NCBI GenBank assembly: GCA_038248345.1
Contig: JBBRXO010000002.1
Span: forward strand, 22,681 to 86,680
Length of the DNA: 64,000 nt
Origin: Armatimonadota bacterium
Lineage (GTDB): Bacteria; Armatimonadota; Hebobacteria; CAIYQO01
Reading direction: 5' to 3'
Shown here: one piece after another, positions 29,616-38,445 of the stretch
Layout of the letters: each line of letters starts with the position of its first letter
Position numbering within the stretch: position 1 is the first letter of the stretch
The notes under the pieces: model-generated
The model's input: only the letters and a program-made list of their open reading frames with translations
Told to the model about the DNA's origin: nothing
Database searches by the model: none
Position numbers and translations under genes: made by a program

Positions 29616-30401
29616 TCACCGCAATTGCTGCGCTGCAGTGAAGCTCTGTCGGATAGTGCCGATGATGGCAATTACCGCGGTAAACATGCTGGCGGCGGTG
29701 ATCATATAGACCACCATGATCTGGTAATGCACCGCCTGCAACGGATTCTGCCCGGCGATTATCTGCCCGGTCATCATGCCGGGGAGTGAGACAATCCCCA
29801 CCACCAGCATACTATTGACGCTGGGCATGATGGCTGTGCGCAACGCGTCGCGGCGCAGCGGATGTACTGCCTGCGCGGGAGTGGCACCCAGCGCCAGCGC
29901 CGTCTCCACCTCATTGCGGCGCGTGCGCAGGTCGCCGACAAAGCGGCTCACCGCTACCGCCCCGGCGTTCATGGCATTGCCGGTGATCATCCCCGCCAGC
30001 GGCAGCACGTACTGCGCCTTCAGCCATGGTTGATACTGGTGCAGCACCAACACCAGCACAAAAAGCAGCACCGAGACGCTGCCGCTGACAATGGCGACGG
30101 TGAAAACCAGCGCCTTGCCGGGCAACGGCTCTTTGATACGCCCCTGCGCGGTATGCACCGCCACCCCCAGCATGATGCCCAACGCCAGCAACACCCAGTA
30201 CCACTCGCCCAGCCCGGCACGATTGATGACGAAGAGTAACACGTAGCCGGTGGCGGAAAGCTGCAGGAAGGAACGGATGATCCCCCAGAACAACTCCTTC
30301 TCCAGCCCCAGTTGCAGCCGCCAGGAGACGGCCATACTGGCGAAAACGAGCGTACCGGCAATGAGCAAATCCAGGTAACTGATGGGGATAGTCGGTTCCA
30401 T
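29616..30401 (-). CDS. fetB: UPF0014 ABC permease (FetB/YbbM-like)
   Basis: RSFLQL, PLAGMITGNAMN, VETALALGAT, GIVSLPGMMTGQIIAG. Confidence 0.88.
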   Translation of the reverse strand: MEPTIPISYLDLLIAGTLVFASMAVSWRLQLGLEKELFWGIIRSFLQLSATGYVLLFVINRAGLGEWYWVLLALGIMLGVAVHTAQGRIKEPLPGKALVFTVAIVSGSVSVLLFVLVLVLHQYQPWLKAQYVLPLAGMITGNAMNAGAVAVSRFVGDLRTRRNEVETALALGATPAQAVHPLRRDALRTAIMPSVNSMLVVGIVSLPGMMTGQIIAGQNPLQAVHYQIMVVYMITAASMFTAVIAIIGTIRQSFTAAQQLR

Positions 30402-31130
30402 CTATGCCACCTCCAGCCGACGTTGTGTCACCACTGCCAGCGCGCTCTCCGCATCGGGGTAAAGCTCTGCCGTGCCCCCGCTCAGCAGCAACGTGGGGCA
30501 GGCCAGTCGCAGCAACACCTCACGCGTGTGTGTCACCATCACCAGCGTCAGCCCACTCTCCGCATTACGGCGCAACAACGCGGCCAGCAACGCAGCGGTG
30601 GACTCCTCGTCCAGCGCCGAGGTCGGCTCGTCGAGGAGCAACACCTCCGGCGACAGCGCCAGTGCCCGCGCCAGCGCCACCCGCTGCTGCTGCCCGCCGG
30701 ATAATTGCCGCGCACGGCGTTCCAGCAACTCATCTGGCAGGCCAACCTCAACCAGCAGCGTCGCCGCCTCCTCCGTTGACAACGTCCGCCCCGCCAGCTT
30801 CAGTGGATAGGCGAGGTTGGCGAGCACGGTATCATCGAAGAGCGTCGGCTGCTGAAATAACATGGCCACCCGGCGGCGCAGCGCCACCGGCTCCAGTTGT
30901 GGCAGGGGTACGCCGTCAAGGAGGATCTCCCCGCTCGCCGGGTCATCCAGGCGGTTCAGTAGCCGCAGCAGACTGCTCTTACCACTGCCCGAAGGCCCGA
31001 TAATCGCCAGCCTGCCGCCCGCTGGCGCCACGAGCGAGACGTCGCGCAGGATCTGCAACACCTGCATCTCCTCCCCCACCAGCGCCGGACGCGCCACTGT
31101 CACCCCCCGCAAAGTTATCTTATCAGCCAT
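30402..31130 (-). CDS. fetA: ABC ATP-binding protein (FetA-like)
   Basis: [27 protein letters not shown]; adjacent to fetB. Confidence 0.85.
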   Translation of the reverse strand: MADKITLRGVTVARPALVGEEMQVLQILRDVSLVAPAGGRLAIIGPSGSGKSSLLRLLNRLDDPASGEILLDGVPLPQLEPVALRRRVAMLFQQPTLFDDTVLANLAYPLKLAGRTLSTEEAATLLVEVGLPDELLERRARQLSGGQQQRVALARALALSPEVLLLDEPTSALDEESTAALLAALLRRNAESGLTLVMVTHTREVLLRLACPTLLLSGGTAELYPDAESALAVVTQRRLEVA

Positions 31131-31303
31131 GCTGTTTATTTTCGGGTATGCGGTGGGGTTCTCCTGCAAATGGGGAGACGTATCTGGTATCCACCGCTTC
31201 GCGGTGGATACCATGTATTTATATATTATTCTCTCTTCGTGTCTTCGTGCCTTCGTGGTTCACAATAACTAGGAACTAGGAACTAGAAACTACGAACTCC
31301 CCC

Positions 31304-31353
31304 GCACTCAAGTGCTTGGTAACTCCCGCTGATTCTCCTATACTATGGGCATG
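31304..31353 (+). promoter_or_regulatory. Palindrome + leaderless promoter upstream of the histidine kinase
   Basis: GCAC-TCAA-GTGC, TTGGTA-N17-TATACT-N6-ATG. Confidence 0.7.
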
Positions 31354-31382
31354 TACACTAACATCGGGCAGGTAGGTGGATA

Positions 31383-33464
31383 ATGGACGTGCTGGGTTGG
31401 GGGTTGCTGGCTATCTCGCTCTTTATCGTCTGCCTGCTCGTCTGGCTGGCGGTCACCGTGTTCCTCACCGCAGAGCGGCGTGATCGGTATGTCTGGCTTA
31501 TCTGTCTGGCCATGCTGGTGGGGGCGGCTTTCTTCGGCGTGCATGCCGTGTTGATGAGCAATGGGCATAACTCGGGCACCGCGCTGGCGCTGGCCCAGTG
31601 GCCGCTGGTATGGGTGGTGGGGGTGCTATTGCCCTGCGCCTGGTATATGGCGGTGCTCTGGCACACCGGCTTCTGGGAAAGTCGCCGTGCTATGCGACAC
31701 CGGGCGCTGCACACCATCGCCTATTATGCGCTAGTGGTTTTTCTCTTCACCTGTGCCATACTGGTGTTCTCTGATCCCACTATCCGTGCTCATCCCTGGG
31801 CATTGTTATCCCCTTTCAACCCGGCATACATCCTCGCCGGGCCATATTTTCACCGGGTGCCGGTGCTGGCGCTCATCTTCATCACCGTCATGGTGCTCTG
31901 CATTGCGCTGGCGCTCGATGTGCTCTATCATCCGGCACCCTCGGCACGGCTGATGGGCGACACCGCCCGCATGCGCGCACGGCCATATCTGGTGGGCATC
32001 ACTCTGGCGCCCTTTGCCGTCAGTCTGCTGGTGTGCGGTACGTTGCTGCACTTCATGCCGGAGATACTCTACATTCACTCACGTACCCTCGCACCGGCGA
32101 CCGCCCTGCAGATGAGTTGGATTGACCTCGCTATTGTCACGCTGATTGCAGCCACCGTCTTCCTTATGGGGCAGGCCATCGTCTCCTACGAGATCTTCAC
32201 CGGCAATGCGCTGTTACGTCAGGGGTTGCGCCGGCGCTGGTACAGCGCGGTGACGCTGGCCGCTGGCTTCAGCGCACTGCTCGGCGCACTGGTGGTTTTT
32301 GATTTGCCCATCGTCTTCGGCGCGCTCATCATCTGCGCGGTGGTGGGGGCGCTCTACGCCGTCAACACCTGGCGCAGCTTCGCCGAACACGAGGCCGCTA
32401 TCGCCAATATCCGCCTTTTTACCACCGGGAACCTCGCCTACGACGCCCCCGCGGAGCATGAGCTGTACTTCCAGCAACTCTGCGAGAAGTTCCTCGGCGT
32501 GCGCAGCGCCGGCCTGCTACCGCTGGGGTCGTATGCGCTGCTCCTGCGCCCGCTGGCCTACCCGACGGATAGCCAGTTGCCGGATTCCGTGACCGCCCTC
32601 GCTGCGCAGTTCACTGACCCACAGACGCTCTGCCTGCCGATTGCGACGCCTCCATTTTCCTGGGCCGTGCCGCTCTGGCACGAGCGCGGTCTGAATGGAC
32701 TGCTGCTGCTGGGCGCGAAGCGCGACGACGGCCTCTACACGCAGGAGGAGATGGAGGTGGCGCGCGCCATCGGCGAGCAATTGCTGGAACGGCTGGCGGG
32801 CAATGAATTGACGCGGCGGTTGGTGCTGCTGCAACGCACGCGCATGATGGAGGAACAGGTGGTAGATCAGCGCACGCGGCGCACGCTGCATGATGAAGTG
32901 CTACCCAGTGTGCAGACGCTGATGATCGCCTTGAGCGCCGGGCAACTGGACACCCCGGCGCTGCTGACACAACTTACGGAGGTGCATCAGCAGATCGCCG
33001 ATATCCTGCACGCCATGCCCACCGCCAGCAACAACACCCTGCAGGAGAAAGGCATCGTCGGCGCGCTGCAGCAGTTCATCGAGGTCGACCTGCGCGACAG
33101 TTTCGCGAACGTCAGCTGGGAGCTATGCCCCGGCTACGGTGAGCGGCTGGCCGCCCTCCCTCCGCTCACCACCGAGGTGCTCTTCGGCGCCGCGCGCGAA
33201 GCCGTGCGCAACGCCGCCCGCCACGCCGCCGGTGGCGATACCTCTCGCCCCATTCAGCTGCACCTGCGTGTAACGGATACCGACGGCCTGCTACGCCTCA
33301 TCATCGAAGACGACGGCATCGGCCACGCCGCCCCCCAGGTAACCACCAGCACCGGCCACGGCGTCATGCTGCACAGCACGCTGCTGGCGGTAATTGGAGG
33401 TAGCTGGGAGATGACCAGTACGGCAGGAACGGGTACGCGGGTTTCATTGCGAGTGAGTGGGTAA
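31383..33464 (+). CDS. Multi-pass membrane sensor histidine kinase (HisKA_3 type, GAF-like region)
   Basis: Many TM helices, RRTLHDEVLP H-box, REAVRNAARHA N-box, IEDDGIG, GHG, GTGTRV. Confidence 0.88.
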   Translation: MDVLGWGLLAISLFIVCLLVWLAVTVFLTAERRDRYVWLICLAMLVGAAFFGVHAVLMSNGHNSGTALALAQWPLVWVVGVLLPCAWYMAVLWHTGFWESRRAMRHRALHTIAYYALVVFLFTCAILVFSDPTIRAHPWALLSPFNPAYILAGPYFHRVPVLALIFITVMVLCIALALDVLYHPAPSARLMGDTARMRARPYLVGITLAPFAVSLLVCGTLLHFMPEILYIHSRTLAPATALQMSWIDLAIVTLIAATVFLMGQAIVSYEIFTGNALLRQGLRRRWYSAVTLAAGFSALLGALVVFDLPIVFGALIICAVVGALYAVNTWRSFAEHEAAIANIRLFTTGNLAYDAPAEHELYFQQLCEKFLGVRSAGLLPLGSYALLLRPLAYPTDSQLPDSVTALAAQFTDPQTLCLPIATPPFSWAVPLWHERGLNGLLLLGAKRDDGLYTQEEMEVARAIGEQLLERLAGNELTRRLVLLQRTRMMEEQVVDQRTRRTLHDEVLPSVQTLMIALSAGQLDTPALLTQLTEVHQQIADILHAMPTASNNTLQEKGIVGALQQFIEVDLRDSFANVSWELCPGYGERLAALPPLTTEVLFGAAREAVRNAARHAAGGDTSRPIQLHLRVTDTDGLLRLIIEDDGIGHAAPQVTTSTGHGVMLHSTLLAVIGGSWEMTSTAGTGTRVSLRVSG

Positions 33465-33472
33465 GCCTCTCA

Positions 33473-33513
33473 GGAGTATCGTTTTTAGCGCCAGTCACTA
33501 AAAACGATACTCC
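33473..33513. mobile_element. Minimal (empty) TIR pair of the MITE family
   Basis: GGAGTATCGTTTTTAG-CGCCAGTCA-CTAAAAACGATACTCC. Confidence 0.7.
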
Positions 33514-33530
33514 GGGGTTTCCGATCCTTT

Positions 33531-33711
33531 ACCACGCGCTAAAGCACATGGCTATAAGATCAAGCACCCTGAAGGGCGCTGCTAATCCAATAATTACTTC
33601 CTTTATCTGCCCATGCCACGAAAAGCCATAACGTTTATTCTCAATTAGATGATAGAGCGCTTTAGCGTGCTTGATCTTATAGCCACGTCCTTTAGGGCGT
33701 GGAGGTGTCAC
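33531..33711. repeat. Inverted doublet of C modules with an IS200/IS605 right-end-like terminus
   Basis: ACCACGCGCTAAAGCACATGGCTATAAGATCAAGCAC... and ...GTGCTTGATCTTATAGCCACGTCCTTTAGGGCGTGGAGGTGTCAC. Confidence 0.8.
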
Positions 33712-33788
33712 AGCATCGGGGTGCGGATATCTAAATACGATAATCCCTCACCCTTGCGCCTCGCCCCCGCCAGTGATAAAATATTCAT

Positions 33789-34412
33789 ATGGCTGACTAC
33801 ATCGTTATCGGTGATATCCACGGCATGGATGGAATGCTGGACAAGCTGCTGGGGTGCCTGCCGGAGGCGGGGACACTGGTGTTTCTCGGCGACTATATCG
33901 ACCGCGGGCCGGGATCGCGCAAAGTGCTTGAGCGGCTGCTGGAGCTGGAACAACAGCGCACGTGCGTCTTCCTGCGCGGCAACCATGAGATGCTGGCGCT
34001 GGATGCCCTGAAAGGTGACCAGCAGGCGGAGCTGACCTGGATATTTAACGGCGGCGCAGAGACTATCACTGAATACGACGACGGGATTTTTCCGCCCGAG
34101 CACCTTGATTTCATCAAGCGCACGCAGCTTTACCACCTCACCCCCGAGACGATATTTGTCCACGCTGGGCTGGAGCCGGGTATCCCGATAGAATTGAATG
34201 AAGAGCGTACCTTCTGCTGGATGCGCGAACCATTCCTGAGCAGCGCCTATCACTGGGGCCGTCTGGTCGTTCACGGCCATACGCCTAACCATGCTTATAA
34301 AACAGAAATTCGCCCCAACCGCATTAACATCGACACCGGGGCCGTATACGGTGGGGCGCTGACAGCGCTACTGCTCCCAGAACGTGAGTTCATTGCAGTG
34401 ACGAGTGGATAG
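33789..34412 (+). CDS. Ser/Thr protein phosphatase-like metallophosphoesterase
   Basis: GDIHG, GDYIDRG, RGNHE, FVHAG, HGHTP, IDTGAVYGG. Confidence 0.92.
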   Translation: MADYIVIGDIHGMDGMLDKLLGCLPEAGTLVFLGDYIDRGPGSRKVLERLLELEQQRTCVFLRGNHEMLALDALKGDQQAELTWIFNGGAETITEYDDGIFPPEHLDFIKRTQLYHLTPETIFVHAGLEPGIPIELNEERTFCWMREPFLSSAYHWGRLVVHGHTPNHAYKTEIRPNRINIDTGAVYGGALTALLLPEREFIAVTSG

Positions 34413-34452
34413 CAAATATACTTCTGACGTGAGCGTATAACCTTTTAAGCAG

Positions 34453-35547
34453 CTACCGCCCCATCCCAGCGAGGTCGCGCTCCACTGTCCCACAGATGCA
34501 ATGCAGTAGCGCCATGTGCGCCAACTGAATATTGGGGGTATCCGTGGTGGGCACATCAAAAATGATATCACACATACCCGCAAGGGCGCTTGGATTCCCA
34601 CCGGTAAAGGCGATCACTTTCATTTGCCGTTCCCGTGCTGCTTCGGCGGCGGCGACGATATTGGGGGTGTTGCCGCTGGTGGAGACCGCAATTAATATGT
34701 CACCTGCATAGCCCAACGCCTCCACCTGGCGGGAGAAGATATGCTTAAACCCGTAATTATTGCTCAATGAAGTCACCACCGAGGAGTCAGCAGTGAGGGC
34801 AATCACAGGCCAGCCACGCCGCTCCAGCTTATGGCGCCCCACTAGCTCTGCGGCGAAATGCTGGGCTTCCGCTGCACTACCGCCGTTGCCACAGGTAAGG
34901 ACTTTGCTGCCTGTCCGCAGTGCTGCTGAAATTACTTCCGCCGCGCGCGCCACTTCGCCCGCCAGCTTATAGGCCGTCTGGCGTAGCATATTACTCGCGG
35001 TGAGTAATTCATCGGAGATTGAACAGATCACCTCGGCATCAGCATCCTCGGGCGCCAGCAATCTACTGATGATCTTCGAGGTGCTCACGCCCTCAATCAA
35101 CGGAAGAATACAAACTTCCCCACCCCCGGCGCGGACTACGGATGTCTCCGGCAGACTCTCCACCGTGTAGTCACCGGATTTGCAGTGAATATGCGGCATA
35201 ATCGCGGCTAGCCACGCATCTGGCACGGCATCGCTGAAGACAATCACATAATCCACCGCCCGCAACGCCGCCAGCTGGATAGCCCGATCCTGCTCATTGA
35301 TGATAGGGCGCCCGGCCCCCTTCAACCGCTGTACCGAGCTGTCACTGTTCAGTCCCACAATCAGCAAATCGCCCTGCGCGCGCGCCGCTTGAAGCGAGGA
35401 GATATGCCCGGCATGGAGCAGGTCAAAGCATCCGTTAGTAGTAACGATCACTTCACCGCGCTCACGACGAGTAGCGATTTCCCCCAGCAATTCATCCAGG
35501 GGGAGCGGCAGCGGGTTAATAGCGGATATCACATATGGGTAGTTCAT
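34453..35547 (-). CDS. Fusion: heptose-1-phosphate adenylyltransferase (RfaE domain II) + phosphoheptose isomerase (GmhA)
   Basis: TNGCFDLLHAGH, GLNSDSSV, GVSTSKII, then CGNGGSAAEAQHFAAELVG, FSRQVEALG, STSGNTPN. Confidence 0.88.
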   Translation of the reverse strand: MNYPYVISAINPLPLPLDELLGEIATRRERGEVIVTTNGCFDLLHAGHISSLQAARAQGDLLIVGLNSDSSVQRLKGAGRPIINEQDRAIQLAALRAVDYVIVFSDAVPDAWLAAIMPHIHCKSGDYTVESLPETSVVRAGGGEVCILPLIEGVSTSKIISRLLAPEDADAEVICSISDELLTASNMLRQTAYKLAGEVARAAEVISAALRTGSKVLTCGNGGSAAEAQHFAAELVGRHKLERRGWPVIALTADSSVVTSLSNNYGFKHIFSRQVEALGYAGDILIAVSTSGNTPNIVAAAEAARERQMKVIAFTGGNPSALAGMCDIIFDVPTTDTPNIQLAHMALLHCICGTVERDLAGMGR

Positions 35548-35625
35548 AGTTAGTATATTTCCCCATCAAACCACAAAATCCTTTTTATCATTATTCCTCT
35601 TCTATTCGCTTTTGTCTGTGGTTAA

Positions 35626-35782
35626 TTAACAGTTTCCTAACAGATAGTCCAGCTTGTATATCGTCAAATTCACGCGTGGTTGAACGGTTCTTAACATAAC
35701 AAATACCAGCATCATTCTATGTCAACAAAATACGAATTAAAAATTAACATGCGCACAATGATGTGCTAACCGAGTCCTAACA
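35626..35782 (+). promoter_or_regulatory. Putative Pho-box array upstream of the porin
   Basis: YTAACA-like hexamers at 35626/35637, 35691, 35744, 35766/35777 with 11-bp phasing. Confidence 0.7.
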
Positions 35783-35878
35783 AAACTCTTGCATTCTACT
35801 AATGTAGCAACGCGGAAGGTGAATTTTGAAAACATCCGCACGTCAAAAAACTCTGGCTTTTTGAAAGGAGCAGAAGAG

Positions 35879-37036
35879 ATGAACAGATCATGGAAAATAG
35901 CCGTCGTTCTCGGCATGGCACTTGTTGCCGCCGGGGCAGTACAGGCACAGTCGGCCACGGCGGCCAAACCGGTGGCCGTGGCCGTGGTTCCGTCAGTTGA
36001 CACCACCATCATTAAAATTGATGGCCGGATGTACTCCGGGCTAGTAGTCACGGGCCGCGATGGCGCGTACAGCAATCGCAGCATCATTATCCCTGATGCC
36101 AAGCTTCGCTTTACCATCAACCCAAGCAAGAACATAACCATCGTCAACCGTTTCGACACCAAAAACGCTGCAACTAATGGATTTGATTACTTCTATATGG
36201 ACGTAAAAAACTATGATGGCGCCAAAACCGGCAACGTGCTCCGCGTTGGCAAAATTAAAGCCGACTTCGGCGAAGAGACCTGGACCGACAATCCGGTAGA
36301 AAACTACCTGGTTTCCAACTCCGTGGCCTCGATAGGCGGCTATGATGAAGGCGTGAACTTCCGCGGCGCCATCCCCGGTTCCACCCCCGCCACCTACTCC
36401 TTCGCCCTGCTCAACGCCAGCAAGGATGTCGCTATCTCTGCAAAAGGTATGGCCACTGCTACCAAGGTATCTGTTGCCCCTACCAAGGATCTGTACTTCT
36501 CCGGCAGCTATTATCAAACCGGCGACCTGGTAAAGACTGATGGCACGCTTGCCGATAGCGATCTAAAAATTGCCGGTATGCAAAAGGCCCCGGCCGGAGC
36601 CACCAGCTGGAAACGGAATGTATGGGAAGCCGATATGCGCTGGAACTACGGCGCCACCGGGCAGAAAGCGGCCATCGGCGGCAAATTCACCACCCCATTT
36701 CAGTTCGCCGCCGCCTTCGGTCAATTCGATGACCAGGCTACCGGGACGGCCACAGCCGACCGTAAAGGCGACTACTGGTATGCCGAAGGTCAGTATAACG
36801 TTAACAAAAAGCTTTACTTCGCCACGCGTTACAGCGTAACCAGTCTTAAAAATGGCGCTAAAGAAAAATTGGCCGACAGCCCGGTGGCCGTTAGCGAATA
36901 TCGCCGCTTTTCCGTAGGCGGTGGGTACCGCATGAGCGCTATGACCCAGCTAAAACTGGAAGTGAGCAACAACGACGCACGCGACAGCAAAAAGATGCTG
37001 AACCAGTATTCCCTCGGCATCGCAACAAAATTCTAA
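35879..37036 (+). CDS. Putative phosphate-regulated outer-membrane porin
   Basis: Signal peptide (VQA), LRVGKIKADFG, beta-strand pattern, C-terminal Phe; first gene before pstS. Confidence 0.7.
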   Translation: MNRSWKIAVVLGMALVAAGAVQAQSATAAKPVAVAVVPSVDTTIIKIDGRMYSGLVVTGRDGAYSNRSIIIPDAKLRFTINPSKNITIVNRFDTKNAATNGFDYFYMDVKNYDGAKTGNVLRVGKIKADFGEETWTDNPVENYLVSNSVASIGGYDEGVNFRGAIPGSTPATYSFALLNASKDVAISAKGMATATKVSVAPTKDLYFSGSYYQTGDLVKTDGTLADSDLKIAGMQKAPAGATSWKRNVWEADMRWNYGATGQKAAIGGKFTTPFQFAAAFGQFDDQATGTATADRKGDYWYAEGQYNVNKKLYFATRYSVTSLKNGAKEKLADSPVAVSEYRRFSVGGGYRMSAMTQLKLEVSNNDARDSKKMLNQYSLGIATKF

Positions 37037-37048
37037 CGACACCTACAA

Positions 37049-37091
37049 CTCACACTGCCCTAACAAATCCCTAACATTACAACTTTAAAAT
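37049..37091 (+). promoter_or_regulatory. Putative Pho box and -10 upstream of pstS
   Basis: CTCACA-N5-CTAACA-N5-CTAACA then TAAAAT. Confidence 0.75.
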
Positions 37092-37206
37092 ATGGTTGTA
37101 ATCAATACAGTGTCAGCATAGGTGAGTACGGCATCGCCGACCACCATCCCATGAATGACCGCTAACGGTCATTCATGGGAAACGAAACAAACGGAGGAGA
37201 GATCAG

Positions 37207-38328
37207 ATGAAGACCCTGAAATTGGCTGGATGGATGAAAGTATCAGCTATCGCAGCAATCTGCTTACTAACCGCATTTATCTTGAGTTCATGCGGCGAAA
37301 AGCCAACCCCAACCCCTGGAAGCGAAGGCGCCACCGGGACGCCCGTTGAATTGATGGGCGCCGGCGCTACCTTCCCTAATCCGCTGTACGTCAAGTGGAT
37401 GGATGCCTACGCCAAGGCTAATCCTGACGTAAAGATCAACTACCAGTCCGTTGGCTCCGGCGCGGGCATCAAGCAACTCCAGGAAGGCACCGTCGACTTC
37501 GGCGGCAGCGATGCTCCCCTGAACGCTGAAGAAACGACTGGTATGAAGGGCGGCTCGGTAGTCCATTTACCGATGGTTGCTGGCGCAGTGGTACTGGCTT
37601 ACAACCTCCCGGGAATTAATTCCGGCCTGAAGCTGACCCCTGAAGTTGTTGCAAACATCTACCTCGGCAAAATTAAAAAATGGAATGACAAGCAGATCAC
37701 CGCGCTGAACCCGGACATGAAGTTACCTGATTCTGAAATCGGTACTGTACATCGCAGCGACGGTTCCGGCACCACCTACATCTTCACTTCCTACTTGGCC
37801 GCTGTGAACGATGACTGGAACAAAATCGGCGCCAATAAATCACCAAAATGGCCAGAAGGCATCGGCATCGGCGGCAAAGGCAACGACGGTATTGCTGCTG
37901 AACTGAAGAAGGGTGAAGGCTCTATCGGCTACGTAGAATTATCCTACGCCGTGCAGAACAAGTTGACCTTCGCTTCGATCAAAAATAAGGCTGGCAACTT
38001 CATCGAGCCAACCATCAAGTCAACCACCGCCGCTATGGCCGGTAAGGCTGCCGATTTGGCAAAAGACATCAAGTCCCCGATCATCAATTCGGATGACAAA
38101 GATGCTTATCCCATAGCTGGCATCACCTATATCATGATCTACACCGACCAGAAGGATCCCAAAAAAGGCCAGGCACTGGTTAATTACCTGAACTGGGCAA
38201 TTCACGACGGCGAGAAGATGGCCGAAGAATTACTCTATGCGCCACTACCTGACGCGCTGGTGAAGGTAAACGAGAAAACCCTGGAAACCATCACTACCGG
38301 TGGCAAGCCCATCAAAGCCGGGAAATAG
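37207..38328 (+). CDS. pstS: Phosphate ABC transporter substrate-binding lipoprotein
   Basis: LSSC lipobox, GAGATFP, YQSVGSGAG, RSDGSGTT. Confidence 0.97.
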   Translation: MKTLKLAGWMKVSAIAAICLLTAFILSSCGEKPTPTPGSEGATGTPVELMGAGATFPNPLYVKWMDAYAKANPDVKINYQSVGSGAGIKQLQEGTVDFGGSDAPLNAEETTGMKGGSVVHLPMVAGAVVLAYNLPGINSGLKLTPEVVANIYLGKIKKWNDKQITALNPDMKLPDSEIGTVHRSDGSGTTYIFTSYLAAVNDDWNKIGANKSPKWPEGIGIGGKGNDGIAAELKKGEGSIGYVELSYAVQNKLTFASIKNKAGNFIEPTIKSTTAAMAGKAADLAKDIKSPIINSDDKDAYPIAGITYIMIYTDQKDPKKGQALVNYLNWAIHDGEKMAEELLYAPLPDALVKVNEKTLETITTGGKPIKAGK

Positions 38329-38353
38329 TTTATCATAGCAATATGATCAGACT

Positions 38354-38387
38354 GGGTGAGGGTCGGTATAACTACCTTCCCTCACCC
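38354..38387 (+). other. Intercistronic hairpin after pstS
   Basis: GGGTGAGGG...CCCTCACCC stem with no U-tract; could stabilise pstS mRNA (inference). Confidence 0.55.
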
Positions 38388-38445
38388 GCTAACTTGCCTG
38401 ATAACACAAAAATGTAATATTATAGGATGTTCACGCGGAGGTTTT

